DNA from: Escherichia coli
Lineage (GTDB): Bacteria > Pseudomonadota > Gammaproteobacteria > Enterobacterales > Enterobacteriaceae
Direction: 5' to 3' (one strand)
DNA: 64,000 nucleotides
Assembly: GCF_013122565.1 (NCBI RefSeq)
Contig: NZ_CP053258.1
Under the pieces are notes generated by a model. It worked only from the letters and a program-made list of their open reading frames with translations. It did no database searches and was not told the DNA's origin. The stretch's first letter is position 1. Each line of letters opens with the position of its first letter. The position numbers and the translations under genes were made by a program. Below, piece by piece: positions 1 through 10,314 of this stretch.

Positions 1-299
1 AGCAGGTTGATATTCTGGGTAAATTCCCGCTGCCAGTAGAAGTTATCCCGATGGCACGTAGTGCAGTGGCGCGCCAGCTGGTGAAACTGGGCGGTCGTCC
101 GGAATACCGTCAGGGCGTGGTGACCGATAATGGCAACGTGATCCTCGACGTCCACGGCATGGAAATCCTTGACCCGATAGCGATGGAAAACGCCATAAAT
201 GCGATTCCTGGCGTGGTGACTGTTGGCTTGTTTGCTAACCGTGGCGCGGACGTTGCGCTGATTGGTACACCTGACGGTGTCAAAACCATTGTGAAATGA
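1..299 (+). CDS. rpiA: ribose-5-phosphate isomerase A, 3' portion (5' end lies outside the window)
   Basis: ORF 51..299 ends ...[11 protein letters not shown], matching the RpiA C-terminus; frame is open to the window edge; position upstream of serA fits known synteny. Confidence 0.85.
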
Positions 300-554
300 T
301 CTGACGGGGGAACCTCCCCCGTTAAAAAAATTCTCTTCATTAAATTTGGTGACATGTGTCACGTTTTTACCTGGCTATTGTCGATTGCTCTAAATAAATC
401 CTCTAAACCAGCATATTCATCCAAGAAATACCTTTGCGTGATATTTCCTCAACATCGCGACGCAAACGTTCATATTGCCGCAATATTATTTTTTGATATG
501 TTGAAAGGCGGATGCAAATCCGCACACAACATTTCAAAAGACAGGATTGGGTAA

Positions 555-1787
555 ATGGCAAAGGTATCGCTGGAGAAAGACAAGATTAAGTTTCTGCTGG
601 TAGAAGGCGTGCACCAAAAGGCGCTGGAAAGCCTTCGTGCAGCGGGTTACACCAACATTGAATTTCACAAAGGCGCGCTGGATGATGAACAATTAAAAGA
701 ATCCATCCGCGATGCCCACTTCATCGGCCTGCGATCCCGTACCCATCTGACTGAAGACGTGATCAACGCCGCAGAAAAACTGGTCGCTATCGGCTGTTTC
801 TGTATCGGAACAAACCAGGTTGATCTGGATGCGGCGGCAAAGCGCGGGATCCCGGTATTTAACGCACCGTTCTCAAATACGCGCTCTGTTGCGGAGCTGG
901 TGATTGGCGAACTGCTGCTGCTATTGCGCGGCGTACCGGAAGCCAATGCTAAAGCGCACCGTGGCGTGTGGAACAAACTGGCGGCGGGTTCTTTTGAAGC
1001 GCGCGGCAAAAAGCTGGGTATCATCGGCTACGGTCATATTGGTACACAATTGGGCATTCTGGCTGAATCGCTGGGAATGTATGTTTACTTTTATGATATT
1101 GAAAACAAACTGCCGCTGGGCAACGCCACTCAGGTACAGCATCTTTCTGACCTGCTGAATATGAGTGATGTGGTGAGTCTGCATGTACCAGAGAATCCGT
1201 CCACCAAAAATATGATGGGCGCGAAAGAAATTTCACTAATGAAGCCCGGCTCGCTGCTGATTAATGCTTCGCGCGGTACTGTGGTGGATATTCCGGCGCT
1301 GTGTGATGCGCTGGCGAGCAAACATCTGGCGGGGGCGGCAATCGACGTATTCCCGACGGAACCGGCGACCAATAGCGATCCATTTACCTCTCCGCTGTGT
1401 GAATTCGACAACGTCCTTCTGACGCCACACATTGGCGGTTCGACTCAGGAAGCGCAGGAGAATATCGGCCTGGAAGTTGCGGGTAAATTGATCAAGTATT
1501 CTGACAATGGCTCAACGCTCTCTGCGGTGAACTTCCCGGAAGTCTCGCTGCCACTGCACGGTGGGCGTCGTCTGATGCACATCCACGAAAACCGTCCGGG
1601 CGTGCTAACTGCGCTGAACAAAATCTTCGCCGAGCAGGGCGTCAACATCGCCGCGCAATATCTACAAACTTCCGCCCAGATGGGTTATGTGGTTATTGAT
1701 ATTGAAGCCGACGAAGACGTTGCCGAAAAAGCGCTGCAGGCAATGAAAGCTATTCCAGGTACCATTCGCGCCCGTCTGCTGTACTAA
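555..1787 (+). CDS. serA: D-3-phosphoglycerate dehydrogenase
   Basis: 410 aa ORF with 2-hydroxyacid dehydrogenase NAD-binding fold (GIIGYGHIGTQ) and C-terminal ACT domain; N-terminus MAKVSLEKDKIKFLLVEG. Confidence 0.95.
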   Translation: MAKVSLEKDKIKFLLVEGVHQKALESLRAAGYTNIEFHKGALDDEQLKESIRDAHFIGLRSRTHLTEDVINAAEKLVAIGCFCIGTNQVDLDAAAKRGIPVFNAPFSNTRSVAELVIGELLLLLRGVPEANAKAHRGVWNKLAAGSFEARGKKLGIIGYGHIGTQLGILAESLGMYVYFYDIENKLPLGNATQVQHLSDLLNMSDVVSLHVPENPSTKNMMGAKEISLMKPGSLLINASRGTVVDIPALCDALASKHLAGAAIDVFPTEPATNSDPFTSPLCEFDNVLLTPHIGGSTQEAQENIGLEVAGKLIKYSDNGSTLSAVNFPEVSLPLHGGRRLMHIHENRPGVLTALNKIFAEQGVNIAAQYLQTSAQMGYVVIDIEADEDVAEKALQAMKAIPGTIRARLLY

Positions 1788-1808
1788 TTCCCCTTCTCTG
1801 AAAATCAA

Positions 1809-1838
1809 CGGGCAGGTCACTGGCTTGCCCGTTTTTTT
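1809..1838 (+). terminator. rho-independent terminator downstream of serA
   Basis: GC-rich stem-loop (cgggcagg...cttgcccg) followed by a 7-T run. Confidence 0.6.
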
Positions 1839-1971
1839 ATCCCTTCTCCACACTGTTGCCGCGTTGCGCATTCTACTTTGCGAGTCTGCTCCAGAAAATA
1901 AATCAAAGTCAGATCAATGCGTTGTGTTTATTTAATGGGGATTTACGATGGCAGGACAGCACAGGGCTGTA

Positions 1972-2114
1972 ACGGTAAAGCCCTCACCGAAGCGAGGGCT
2001 TGAAGGAGAAGGGTTATGATGCGACTTGTCATCATACTGATTGTACTGTTACTGATAAGTTTCGGAGCTTATTAACAGTCAGTCTCAGGGGAGGAGTCAT
2101 CCTCCCTTACCCTT
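1972..2114 (-). ncRNA. sibC: Sib antisense sRNA (antitoxin), copy 1; ends approximate
   Basis: minus-strand sigma70-like promoter (TTGACA-17 nt-TAATTT; plus-strand 2145..2150 and 2122..2127) firing across the ibs ORF; hairpins at 1960..2001; boundaries inferred, not measured. Confidence 0.5.
2016..2075 (+). CDS. ibsC: Ibs-family type I toxin, 19 aa hydrophobic peptide (MMRLVIILIVLLLISFGAY)
   Basis: short ORF with RBS gaaggagaagg 6 nt upstream; sequence one residue different from the K-12 IbsC I recall. Confidence 0.75.
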   Translation: MMRLVIILIVLLLISFGAY

Positions 2115-2364
2115 ACTCACTAAATTAGGTCAAAGAATCAACGATGTCAATCAGGGCGATGCGGGGTGCATCGCCCTGAACCGATCTTTTTGATAGCCAC
2201 ATCATCGCCCGCGTTTACTGCTGCAATAAATCCCTTTTCCCTGCAATGTATGTCTGCCTTACATGACGTTTTACGAGTGCACTCGAAGAAAAGATTTAAA
2301 GGCAGATCAATGCGTTGTGTTTATTTAATGGGGATTTACGATGGCAGGGCAGCATGGGGCTGTA

Positions 2365-2507
2365 ACGGTAAAGCCCTCACCGAAGCGAGTGCTTGAAGGA
2401 GAAGGGTTATGATGCGACTTGCCATCATACTGATTGTACTGTTACTCATAAGTTTCCCAGCTTATTAACAGTCAGTCTCAGGGGCGGAGTCATCCTCCCT
2501 TACCCTT
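2365..2507 (-). ncRNA. Sib antisense sRNA (antitoxin), copy 2; ends approximate
   Basis: same promoter and hairpin architecture as copy 1, shifted by 393 bp (plus-strand 2538..2543 and 2515..2520). Confidence 0.45.
2409..2468 (+). CDS. Ibs-family type I toxin, second copy (MMRLAIILIVLLLISFPAY)
   Basis: paralogous 19-codon ORF with the same RBS; two substitutions relative to copy 1 (V5A, G17P). Confidence 0.7.
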   Translation: MMRLAIILIVLLLISFPAY

Positions 2508-2568
2508 ACTCACTAAATTAGGTCAAAGAATCAACGATGTCAATCAGGGCGATGCAGGTGTGTCGCCC

Positions 2569-3117
2569 TCACCACTCCCAGACTTTCGACGGTGTAACCA
2601 CCGCAGGAAGAGGGATATCCCACTCTTCAACGGGGAGTTTTTCCACCAACTGACAATCATGCGCATAACCCACCGGTTGCATTTTATAGTGCTGCCAGTT
2701 TTGTAAGGTCCGATCATAAAAACCACCGCCCATTCCCAGGCGCTGGCCGTACTCATCAAAGGCGACCAGCGGTGTGATCAACACGTCTAATCGGGAAAGG
2801 GGTAGCACGTCACGCACATCCAATTTTGGCTCATGGATCTTCAACCTGTTCATCACCAGTTCGCTTTGCGGATGGTAATTCAGGAACAGCAAATTACCGG
2901 CACTAAAGGGATGCAAAACTGGAAGATATACGCGCTTACCGGCGCGCCAGAGTTGTTCTATGAGTGGCTGGGTGTCGAGTTCGCCATCAAAAGAGAGGAA
3001 TACAGCGACCGTATGTGCCATCACCACCGGGGGATAAGTCATCATCCGGGTAGCGGCTTGTTGACCCATTTCCTGCTGTTGTTCCGGCGTTAACGTACGA
3101 CGACGTTGCCGAATCAT
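2569..3117 (-). CDS. ygfA: 5-formyltetrahydrofolate cyclo-ligase family protein
   Basis: 182 aa from MIRQRRRTLTPEQQ...; the ORF-track 248 aa form is an upstream extension that runs through ssrS. Confidence 0.85.
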   Translation of the reverse strand: MIRQRRRTLTPEQQQEMGQQAATRMMTYPPVVMAHTVAVFLSFDGELDTQPLIEQLWRAGKRVYLPVLHPFSAGNLLFLNYHPQSELVMNRLKIHEPKLDVRDVLPLSRLDVLITPLVAFDEYGQRLGMGGGFYDRTLQNWQHYKMQPVGYAHDCQLVEKLPVEEWDIPLPAVVTPSKVWEW

Positions 3118-3189
3118 TTTGCGGATTTCTTGTCGGGATAATGTCAGTGGGAGTTCTGGTAGTTGCGTCATGGCTGGTGCCAGATAAGA

Positions 3190-3375
3190 AGGGAATCTCC
3201 GAGATGCCGCCGCAGGCTGTAACCCTTGAACCCTTGGTTCAAGGTGAATGTGTCGTCGCAGTTTTAAGGCTTCTCGGACGGACCGAGCATGCTCACCAAC
3301 CGCGGAGCGCCACATTCTTGTGGTATGAAATATCGGCTCAGGGGACTGGCCCGCTTGCGAACATCTCAGAGAAAT
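3190..3375 (-). ncRNA. ssrS: 6S RNA
   Basis: plus strand carries the reverse complement of the 6S RNA sequence (5' AUUUCUCUGAGAUGUUCGCAAGCGGGCCAGUCCCCUGAGCC ... GGAGAUUCCCU 3'); immediately upstream of ygfA as in the known ssrS-ygfA operon. Confidence 0.9.
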
Positions 3376-3416
3376 TTTGTCTTCACGGTTACTCTACCAC
3401 AGTAAACCGAAAAGTG

Positions 3417-3812
<396 letters not shown>

Positions 3813-3913
3813 CTATAGCTACCCTGATGAGAAGAGACAAGCCCTTTTCTGGTCCACCAGGGCCCAAAGTGGTAGCATATCATGAATATTCCTCCCTTTG
3901 ACGACGAATGCTT

Positions 3914-4492
3914 ATGTCTATACAGAACGAAATGCCTGGTTACAACGAAATGAACCAGTATCTGAACCAACAAGGGACGGGTCTGACCCCTGCCGAGATG
4001 CATGGTTTAATCAGTGGGATGATATGTGGCGGTAACGATGACAGCTCATGGCTGCCGCTACTTCACGACCTGACGAACGAAGGCATGGCTTTCGGTCATG
4101 AGCTGGCACAGGCACTGCGTAAAATGCACTCTGCCACCAGCGATGCCCTGCAGGATGACGGCTTCCTTTTTCAGCTTTATCTGCCTGATGGCGATGATGT
4201 CAGCGTTTTCGATCGGGCTGATGCACTGGCAGGTTGGGTCAATCACTTCCTGCTTGGTCTTGGCGTTACGCAACCGAAGCTGGACAAAGTGACCGGAGAA
4301 ACCGGTGAAGCCATCGACGATCTGCGTAACATCGCGCAGCTGGGCTACGACGAAGACGAAGATCAGGAAGAGCTTGAAATGTCGCTTGAAGAGATCATCG
4401 AATACGTTCGTGTTGCCGCGCTGTTATGCCACGACACCTTTACTCATCCGCAACCGACCGCGCCAGAAGTACAAAAACCGACTCTACACTAA
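3914..4492 (+). CDS. ygfB: UPF0149 family protein YgfB
   Basis: 192 aa from [13 protein letters not shown]...; the ORF track starts two codons earlier. Confidence 0.85.
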
Positions 4493-4517
4493 AAACAAAA
4501 AACGTAAGGAGAGTGTT

Positions 4518-5843
4518 ATGAGTGAGATATCCCGGCAAGAGTTTCAGCGTCGCCGTCAGGCCCTGGTGGAGCAAATGCAACCCGGCAGCGCTGCGCTGAT
4601 TTTTGCTGCACCAGAAGTAACACGTAGCGCCGACAGCGAATACCCCTATCGTCAGAACAGTGACTTCTGGTACTTCACCGGCTTTAACGAACCGGAAGCG
4701 GTGCTGGTGCTGATTAAAAGCGATGACACTCATAACCACAGCGTTCTGTTTAACCGCGTTCGCGACCTGACGGCGGAGATCTGGTTTGGCCGTCGCTTAG
4801 GCCAGGATGCCGCGCCAGAGAAACTGGGCGTTGACCGCGCACTGGCATTCAGCGAAATCAATCAGCAACTTTATCAACTACTTAACGGCCTGGATGTGGT
4901 TTACCATGCCCAGGGCGAATATGCATATGCTGATGAAATCGTGAACAGTGCGCTGGAAAAACTGCGTAAAGGTTCGCGGCAAAATCTCACCGCACCGGCA
5001 ACGATGATCGACTGGCGTCCCATTGTTCATGAAATGCGCCTGTTCAAATCACCAGAAGAGATTGCCGTACTCCGCCGCGCGGGTGAAATCACCGCCCTGG
5101 CGCATACCCGGGCGATGGAAAAATGTCGTCCGGGAATGTTCGAGTACCATCTGGAAGGCGAAATTCACCACGAATTTAACCGCCACGGCGCGCGCTATCC
5201 TTCCTATAACACCATTGTCGGCAGCGGTGAAAACGGCTGCATTCTGCATTACACCGAAAACGAGTGTGAACTGCGCGACGGCGATCTGGTGTTGATTGAC
5301 GCGGGTTGCGAATACAAAGGTTACGCTGGCGATATTACCCGCACCTTCCCGGTCAACGGCAAATTCACTCAGGCTCAGCGTGAAATCTACGACATTGTGC
5401 TGGAGTCTCTCGAAACCAGCCTGCGCCTGTATCGTCCGGGAACTTCCATTCAGGAAGTCACCGGTGAAGTGGTGCGCATCATGGTTAGCGGCCTGGTAAA
5501 ACTCGGCATCCTGAAAGGTGATGTTGATGAACTGATCGCTCAGAACGCCCATCGTCCTTTCTTTATGCATGGCCTTAGCCACTGGTTAGGACTGGATGTC
5601 CATGACGTGGGTGTTTATGGTCAGGATCGCTCGCGCATTCTGGAACCGGGGATGGTACTGACCGTAGAGCCTGGTCTGTATATCGCGCCGGATGCGGATG
5701 TGCCGGAACAATATCGCGGTATCGGCATTCGTATTGAAGACGACATTGTGATTACCGAAACCGGCAACGAAAATCTCACCGCCAGCGTGGTGAAAAAGCC
5801 GGAAGAAATTGAAGCGTTGATGGCTGCTGCGAGAAAGCAATGA
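4518..5843 (+). CDS. pepP: Xaa-Pro aminopeptidase (aminopeptidase P II)
   Basis: 441 aa from MSEISRQEFQRRRQ with RBS aaggagag; M24B metallopeptidase motifs (HGLSHWLGLDVHD); ORF-track 5' extension trimmed. Confidence 0.95.
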   Translation: MSEISRQEFQRRRQALVEQMQPGSAALIFAAPEVTRSADSEYPYRQNSDFWYFTGFNEPEAVLVLIKSDDTHNHSVLFNRVRDLTAEIWFGRRLGQDAAPEKLGVDRALAFSEINQQLYQLLNGLDVVYHAQGEYAYADEIVNSALEKLRKGSRQNLTAPATMIDWRPIVHEMRLFKSPEEIAVLRRAGEITALAHTRAMEKCRPGMFEYHLEGEIHHEFNRHGARYPSYNTIVGSGENGCILHYTENECELRDGDLVLIDAGCEYKGYAGDITRTFPVNGKFTQAQREIYDIVLESLETSLRLYRPGTSIQEVTGEVVRIMVSGLVKLGILKGDVDELIAQNAHRPFFMHGLSHWLGLDVHDVGVYGQDRSRILEPGMVLTVEPGLYIAPDADVPEQYRGIGIRIEDDIVITETGNENLTASVVKKPEEIEALMAAARKQ

Positions 5844-7018
5844 GCGTAATCATCGTCGGTGGCGGCATGGCGGGCGCGACGCTGGCGCTGGCTATTTCCC
5901 GGTTAAGTTACGGGGCGCTGCCGGTACATTTGATTGAAGCGACCGCGCCAGAGTCACATGCTCATCCGGGCTTTGATGGACGAGCGATTGCGCTGGCGGC
6001 GGGTACCTGTCAGCAACTGGCGCGCATCGGCGTCTGGCAATCTCTGGCTGATTGCGCAACCGCCATCACCACCGTGCATGTCAGCGATCGTGGTCATGCT
6101 GGATTCGTCACCCTCGCCGCAGAAGATTACCAACTGGCGGCGCTGGGGCAGGTTGTTGAGTTGCACAATGTCGGGCAACGGCTGTTTGCATTGCTGCGCA
6201 AAGCACCTGGCGTAACGCTGCATTGCCCTGATCGCGTGGCTAACGTTGCCCGTACTCAGAGTCACGTTGAAGTGATGCTGGAGAGTGGCGAGACGCTGAC
6301 GGGCTGCGTGCTGGTAGCCGCTGATGGCACCCATTCAGCGTTAGCCACTGTGTGCGGCGTTGACTGGCAGCAGGAGCCTTACGAACAACTGGCCGTGATT
6401 GCCAACGTTGCGACTTCCGTTGCGCACGAAGGCCGCGCTTTTGAACGCTTTACGCAACATGGCCCGCTGGCGATGTTGCCGATGTCTGACGGACGCTGTT
6501 CGCTGGTCTGGTGTCATCCACTGGAACGGCGCGAAGAGGTGCTGTCGTGGAGTGACGAGAAGTTTTGCCGTGAGCTCCAGTCTGCCTTTGGCTGGCGACT
6601 GGGGCAAATTACCCACGCCGGTAAACGCAGTGCTTACCCGCTGGCATTAACCCGCGCCGCCAGACCGATTACCCATCGCACTGTGCTGGTGGGCAATGCG
6701 GCGCAAACCCTGCACCCCATCGCCGGGCAAGGGTTCAACCTCGGTATGCGAGATGTGATGAGCCTTGCGGAAACCCTGACTCAGGCGCAGGAGCGCGGAG
6801 AAGACATGGGTGATTACGGCGTATTGTGTCGTTATCAGCAGCGTCGACAGAGCGATCGCGAAGCAACCATTGGCGTCACGGACAGCCTTGTACATCTTTT
6901 TGCCAACCGTTGGACGCCGCTGGTTGTCGGGCGCAACATCGGGCTGATGACGATGGAATTATTTACCCCGGCACGCGATGTGCTGGCGCAGCGCACTCTC
7001 GGTTGGGTGGCGCGTTGA
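5840..7018 (+). CDS. ubiH: 2-octaprenyl-6-methoxyphenol hydroxylase (FAD-dependent monooxygenase)
   Basis: 392 aa, N-terminal FAD fingerprint IVGGGMAGATLA; start overlaps the pepP stop (ATGA). Confidence 0.95.
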   Translation: MSVIIVGGGMAGATLALAISRLSYGALPVHLIEATAPESHAHPGFDGRAIALAAGTCQQLARIGVWQSLADCATAITTVHVSDRGHAGFVTLAAEDYQLAALGQVVELHNVGQRLFALLRKAPGVTLHCPDRVANVARTQSHVEVMLESGETLTGCVLVAADGTHSALATVCGVDWQQEPYEQLAVIANVATSVAHEGRAFERFTQHGPLAMLPMSDGRCSLVWCHPLERREEVLSWSDEKFCRELQSAFGWRLGQITHAGKRSAYPLALTRAARPITHRTVLVGNAAQTLHPIAGQGFNLGMRDVMSLAETLTQAQERGEDMGDYGVLCRYQQRRQSDREATIGVTDSLVHLFANRWTPLVVGRNIGLMTMELFTPARDVLAQRTLGWVAR

Positions 7019-7040
7019 AGGCGGTTTTAAGGAATAAACA

Positions 7041-8243
7041 ATGCAAAGTGTTGATGTAGCCATTGTTGGCGGCGGCATGGTGGGGCTGGCGGTTGCCTGC
7101 GGCTTACAGGGGAGCGGCTTACGCGTTGCCGTACTGGAGCAGCGCGTACCGGAACCTCTGGCGGTAGATGCACCACCACAACTGCGCGTTTCGGCTATCA
7201 ATGCCGCCAGCGAAAAATTACTCACCCGTCTTGGCGTCTGGCAGGACATTCTCTCTCGTAGGGCCAGTTGCTATCACGGTATGGAAGTGTGGGACAAAGA
7301 CAGTTTTGGTCACATTTCGTTTGACGATCAAAGCATGGGCTATAACCATCTTGGGCATATCATTGAAAACTCAGTGATTCACTACGCGCTGTGGAACAAA
7401 GCGCAGCAGTCGTCAGATATCACTCTGTTGGCCCCCGCAGAATTACAGCAGGTCGCCTGGGGAGAAAATGAAACCTTCCTGACGTTGAAAGATGGCAGTA
7501 TGTTAACGGCGCGTCTGGTGATTGGCGCGGACGGCGCTAATTCCTGGTTGCGCAACAAAGCCGATATTCCGCTGACTTTCTGGGATTATCAGCATCACGC
7601 GCTGGTGGCGACCATTCGCACGGAAGAACCGCATGATGCGGTGGCGCGGCAGGTTTTCCATGGCGAAGGCATTCTGGCCTTTTTACCGCTTAGCGATCCG
7701 CATCTTTGCTCGATTGTCTGGTCACTGTCGCCAGAGGAAGCGCAGCGGATGCAGCAGGCAGGGGAAGACGAATTTAATCGCGCGTTAAATATCGCTTTTG
7801 ATAATCGCCTGGGCTTATGCAAGGTTGAGAGCGAGCGTCAGGTGTTCCCGCTAACGGGGCGTTATGCGCGCCAGTTTGCCGCGCACCGTCTGGCGCTGGT
7901 GGGCGACGCCGCGCATACCATTCACCCGCTGGCGGGGCAGGGGGTAAATCTCGGCTTTATGGATGCTGCAGAGCTGATTGCTGAACTGAAACGGTTGCAT
8001 CGTCAGGGTAAAGACATCGGGCAGTACATTTACCTGCGTCGCTATGAACGTAGCCGCAAGCACAGCGCGGCGCTGATGCTGGCTGGTATGCAGGGATTCC
8101 GCGATCTGTTTTCCGGTACCAATCCGGCGAAAAAACTGCTGCGTGATATTGGTCTGAAACTGGCCGACACGCTTCCTGGCGTTAAATCACAACTTATCCG
8201 CCAGGCAATGGGATTAAACGATTTGCCTGAATGGCTGCGTTAA
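7041..8243 (+). CDS. ubiI: 2-octaprenylphenol hydroxylase (FAD-dependent monooxygenase, VisC)
   Basis: 400 aa paralog of UbiH, IVGGGMVGLAVA fingerprint. Confidence 0.95.
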   Translation: MQSVDVAIVGGGMVGLAVACGLQGSGLRVAVLEQRVPEPLAVDAPPQLRVSAINAASEKLLTRLGVWQDILSRRASCYHGMEVWDKDSFGHISFDDQSMGYNHLGHIIENSVIHYALWNKAQQSSDITLLAPAELQQVAWGENETFLTLKDGSMLTARLVIGADGANSWLRNKADIPLTFWDYQHHALVATIRTEEPHDAVARQVFHGEGILAFLPLSDPHLCSIVWSLSPEEAQRMQQAGEDEFNRALNIAFDNRLGLCKVESERQVFPLTGRYARQFAAHRLALVGDAAHTIHPLAGQGVNLGFMDAAELIAELKRLHRQGKDIGQYIYLRRYERSRKHSAALMLAGMQGFRDLFSGTNPAKKLLRDIGLKLADTLPGVKSQLIRQAMGLNDLPEWLR

Positions 8244-8286
8244 AAATTTCTCTTCTGCTGTTTATTTGATACCCATCACACTTTCA

Positions 8287-8314
8287 TCTCCCGGTTTTTT
8301 CGCCGGGAGATTTT
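8287..8314 (+). terminator. rho-independent terminator after ubiI
   Basis: stem tctcccgg/ccgggaga followed by TTTT. Confidence 0.55.
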
Positions 8315-8689
8315 CCTCATTTGAAATAAACTAATTTCACCTCCGTTTTCGCATTATATTTTCTAATGTCACGAATTTTTGATTTAGTGTTTTTTGACAT
8401 TTTTTCAGCTCTTAATATTGCCTTATTCAAATTAACTCTCTCATCACATCATCTTTATATAGAAATTGGTGTGTTTTTTGGTTTTTTATTCCGTTGCGAT
8501 TTTGGCGTTTTTTAACCATAAGCTAATGTGATGATCAATTTTACCTTATGGTTAACAGTCTGTTTCGGTGGTAAGTTCAGGCAAAAGAGAACGATTGCGT
8601 TGGGGACCGGGAGTGGCTCCGATGCTGGGTTTCGTGGTGATAATTTCACCATGAAAAGTTGTCAGCCCCGCTTATTCAATGAGGACAAG

Positions 8690-9784
8690 ATGGCACAACA
8701 GACTCCTTTGTACGAACAACACACGCTTTGCGGCGCTCGCATGGTGGATTTCCACGGCTGGATGATGCCGCTGCATTACGGTTCGCAAATCGACGAACAT
8801 CATGCGGTACGTACCGATGCCGGAATGTTTGATGTGTCACATATGACCATCGTCGATCTTCGCGGCAGCCGCACCCGGGAGTTTCTGCGTTATCTGCTGG
8901 CGAACGATGTGGCGAAGCTCACCAAAAGCGGCAAAGCCCTTTACTCGGGGATGTTGAATGCCTCTGGCGGTGTGATAGATGATCTCATCGTCTACTACTT
9001 TACTGAAGATTTCTTCCGCCTCGTTGTTAACTCCGCCACCCGCGAAAAAGACCTCTCCTGGATTACCCAACACGCTGAACCTTTCGGCATCGAAATTACC
9101 GTTCGCGATGACCTTTCCATGATTGCCGTGCAAGGGCCGAATGCACAGGCAAAAGCTGCCACACTGTTTAATGACGCCCAGCGTCAGGCGGTGGAAGGGA
9201 TGAAACCGTTCTTTGGCGTGCAGGCGGGGGATCTGTTTATTGCCACCACTGGTTATACCGGTGAAGCGGGCTATGAAATTGCGCTGCCCAATGAAAAAGC
9301 GGCCGATTTCTGGCGCGCGCTGGTGGAAGCGGGCGTTAAGCCATGCGGCCTGGGCGCGCGTGACACGCTGCGTCTGGAAGCTGGCATGAATTTGTATAGT
9401 CAGGAGATGGACGAAACCATCTCTCCTTTAGCCGCCAACATGGGCTGGACCATCGCCTGGGAACCGGCAGATCGTGACTTTATCGGTCGTGAAGCTCTGG
9501 AAGCGCAGCGTGAACATGGCACAGAAAAACTGGTTGGTCTGGTGATGACCGAAAAAGGCGTGCTGCGTAATGAACTGCCGGTACGTTTTACCGATGCGCA
9601 GGGCAACCAGCATGAAGGCATTATCACCAGCGGGACTTTCTCCCCGACGCTGGGTTACAGCATTGCGCTGGCGCGCGTGCCGGAAGGTATTGGTGAAACA
9701 GCGATTGTGCAAATTCGCAACCGTGAAATGCCGGTTAAAGTGACGAAACCTGTTTTTGTGCGTAACGGCAAAGCCGTCGCGTGA
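8690..9784 (+). CDS. gcvT: glycine cleavage system aminomethyltransferase (T protein)
   Basis: 364 aa from [13 protein letters not shown] with RBS gagga; ORF-track extension to 8528 is upstream read-through. Confidence 0.95.
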
Positions 9785-9807
9785 TTTACTTTTTTGGAGA
9801 TTGATTG

Positions 9808-10197
9808 ATGAGCAACGTACCAGCAGAACTGAAATACAGCAAAGAACACGAATGGCTGCGTAAAGAAGCCGACGGCACTTATACCGTTGGCATCACCGAA
9901 CACGCTCAGGAGTTGTTGGGCGATATGGTGTTTGTTGACCTGCCGGAAGTGGGCGCGACGGTTAGCGCGGGCGATGACTGCGCGGTTGCCGAATCGGTAA
10001 AAGCGGCGTCAGACATTTATGCGCCAGTAAGCGGTGAAATCGTGGCGGTAAACGACGTACTGAGCGATTCCCCGGAACTGGTGAACAGCGAACCGTATGC
10101 AGGCGGCTGGATTTTCAAAATCAAAGCCAGCGATGAAAGCGAACTGGAATCACTGCTGGATGCGACCGCATACGAAGCATTGTTAGAAGACGAGTAA
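9808..10197 (+). CDS. gcvH: glycine cleavage system H protein (lipoyl carrier)
   Basis: 129 aa [17 protein letters not shown]..., lipoyl-lysine motif region ESVKAASD. Confidence 0.95.
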   Translation: MSNVPAELKYSKEHEWLRKEADGTYTVGITEHAQELLGDMVFVDLPEVGATVSAGDDCAVAESVKAASDIYAPVSGEIVAVNDVLSDSPELVNSEPYAGGWIFKIKASDESELESLLDATAYEALLEDE

Positions 10198-10228
10198 CGG
10201 CTTTATTCCTCTTCTGCGGGAGAGGATC

Positions 10229-10255
10229 AGGGTGAGGAAATTTACGCCTCACCCT
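10229..10255 (+). other. stem-loop in the gcvH-gcvP intergenic region
   Basis: perfect 9 bp inverted repeat agggtgagg / cctcaccct with a 9 nt loop; no following T-run. Confidence 0.4.
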
Positions 10256-10314
10256 CACTCTCTTCGTAAGGAGAGAGGTTCACAATTCACTGCACGTTTC
10301 AGGAACCATCGCTC

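Larger units (their letters stand above)
1910..2570. repeat. tandem duplication (period 393 bp) of a roughly 270 bp sib/ibs type I toxin-antitoxin module
   Basis: near-identical blocks starting cagatcaatgcgttgtgtttatttaatgggg at 1910 and 2303, with a few point differences; each carries one ibs ORF and a convergent promoter. Confidence 0.85.

Noticed and set aside
354-554. 66 aa ORF in the serA upstream leader
   Set aside because: No RBS and no recognisable family; it occupies the serA promoter/regulatory region.
2569-3315. ORF-track 5' extensions (ygfA 248 aa, pepP 512 aa, gcvT 418 aa, guaD 479 aa, uacT 525 aa, xanQ 485 aa, ygeY 419 aa, xdhA 765 aa)
   Set aside because: Extensions run into upstream genes, ncRNA or promoters, and internal ATGs with proper RBSs reproduce the expected protein N-termini; trimmed starts are used in the feature list.
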